From NCBI RefSeq assembly GCF_006345805.1, contig NC_042997.1:60636001-60700000 (forward strand): DNA of 64,000 nt, given 5' to 3'. The notes beneath the pieces are model-generated. The model did not search any database and was not told where the DNA came from. It saw only the letters and a list, made by a program, of their open reading frames with translations. Within the stretch, counting starts at the first letter, position 1. Every line of letters begins with the position of its first letter. Below are positions 62,767-64,000 of this stretch, piece by piece. Source of the stretch: Octopus sinensis. Taxonomy: Eukaryota. Made by a program: the position numbers and the translations under genes.

Positions 62767-64000
62767 CTTTGTTGCATGCAATCAAGCCTTATGCATAGCA
62801 CTTACAGAAACGCACCTGAAACCGGACATAGCAGATGCGGAGTTACACATACCACAGTATGCTGTACTACGGACCGACAGGAAAGAAAGGAGTCATGGAG
62901 GTGTTGCTATGTACATCCGTGAGGACCTCACACCCCAGGTCCTCTTGTCATACTCAAACTCGGTGTGTGACACACTAATTGTACATATTAGGCAACTTGA
63001 TGTAGTTGTGTGTGCTACATATCGCCCTCCAGATGCCCCAAGCCATGTGGGCAAGTTTGAAGACTGCCTTATAAAAATAGAAGAAATTCTAACCACATTA
63101 GAACAACACATAGGTGTGCTTCTTATGGGAGACTTCAATCTGCCCAATGTCAGATGGCCCGAGGGCCTTTCTCTCCCAGGAATGACAAGATGTGAACGAG
63201 GACAGGCGAGGTCCCTCCTGAACCTCATCAACACCCTGTACATGGAGCAGGTAATACTCCAACCAACCAGGGAAGGTAACACACTGGATCTCTGCTTCAC
63301 AAATGACATGGATCTCATCCATAATGTGAAAGTGACACGACACTACTCTCGGATCACAACATGATAGAGCTGACCATGTACGGGCCAAAAGAGAGCACGG
63401 ACATGCAGCCTACAAGAAACCCTCAAAATCTTTCCAGCTTGAACTACCATAAGGCAAACTGGAAACAAATTGAGAAAGAGATCCTCAAACAAAACTGGCC
63501 TAAATGTCTCTCTCGCCAGACATCGACGTGAAACTTCAACAATTCATGTCTGTAATGCAAGCCATATGCTACAAATTGTCCCAGAGAGAAAGGCCACTGT
63601 ACACAAGAACAAAATCCCCAGAGAGAGGAAAATTTTAATGAGACGGCGTACGAAATTTTCAAATCGCCTAAACAAACAGATTGAAAGCAGTGAAAAGTCC
63701 CGCCTAAAAATAAAACTGTTGGAAATCGAAAAATGTCTGCAACTCTCCCATGAAAAAGAAAGAGCAGACAAAGAAGCCTGGGCTATAGAAAACATAAAAT
63801 CTAACCCCAGAGCTTTCTACAGGTATGCCAAAGAAACAGCTACAGTGCACTGTAGAATAGGGCCACTCCTCGAAAAGGATGGCACACTTACAGGAAAACC
63901 AATGAGGGTAAGTGAAATACTGAATGAGCAATTCAAGAGTGTTTTCACTCCACCCCTTGGGCATCTCCAAATCACCAATCCAACTGACTTTTTTACCACT
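62762..64000 (+). mobile_element. CR1-type LINE ORF2 (APE endonuclease and linker), running off the window
   Basis: IALTETHL, RTDR...GGVAMYI, YRPP, LMGDFNLP, PTREGNTLDL, SDHN after a frameshift, and NPRAFYRY...LNEQFKSVFT. Several frameshifts. Confidence 0.92.

Overview
This is an AT-rich, intron-rich eukaryotic window, most likely from an octopus (inferred from the repeat families, not verified). It holds two tandem, same-strand (+) copies of folylpolyglutamate synthase (FPGS). Copy A has 11 exons from 2121 to a stop at 16315; its 5' exons lie upstream of the window. Copy B has 11 exons from 39221 to 61911; its first exon was not located with certainty and its last exon lies beyond 64000. Exon phases match between the copies, but their divergence is strongly mosaic: about 73% identity in one exon versus 157/159 in a nearby tract. 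Introns and the spacer are packed with transposon relics: mariner and hAT fragments, MITEs, a ~640-bp foldback, non-autonomous Helitrons, RTE, CR1, CRE, R4-like, Tx1 and Jockey/I LINE pieces, a Penelope element, an internally deleted Gypsy LTR element and several tRNA-headed SINE families, one with a hammerhead-like tail. Most supplied ORFs are spurious, antisense to repeats, or exon read-through. No CRISPR array, rRNA or bona fide tRNA gene was seen. All alignments and counts were done by eye, and transposon family assignments rest on recalled motifs rather than database searches.
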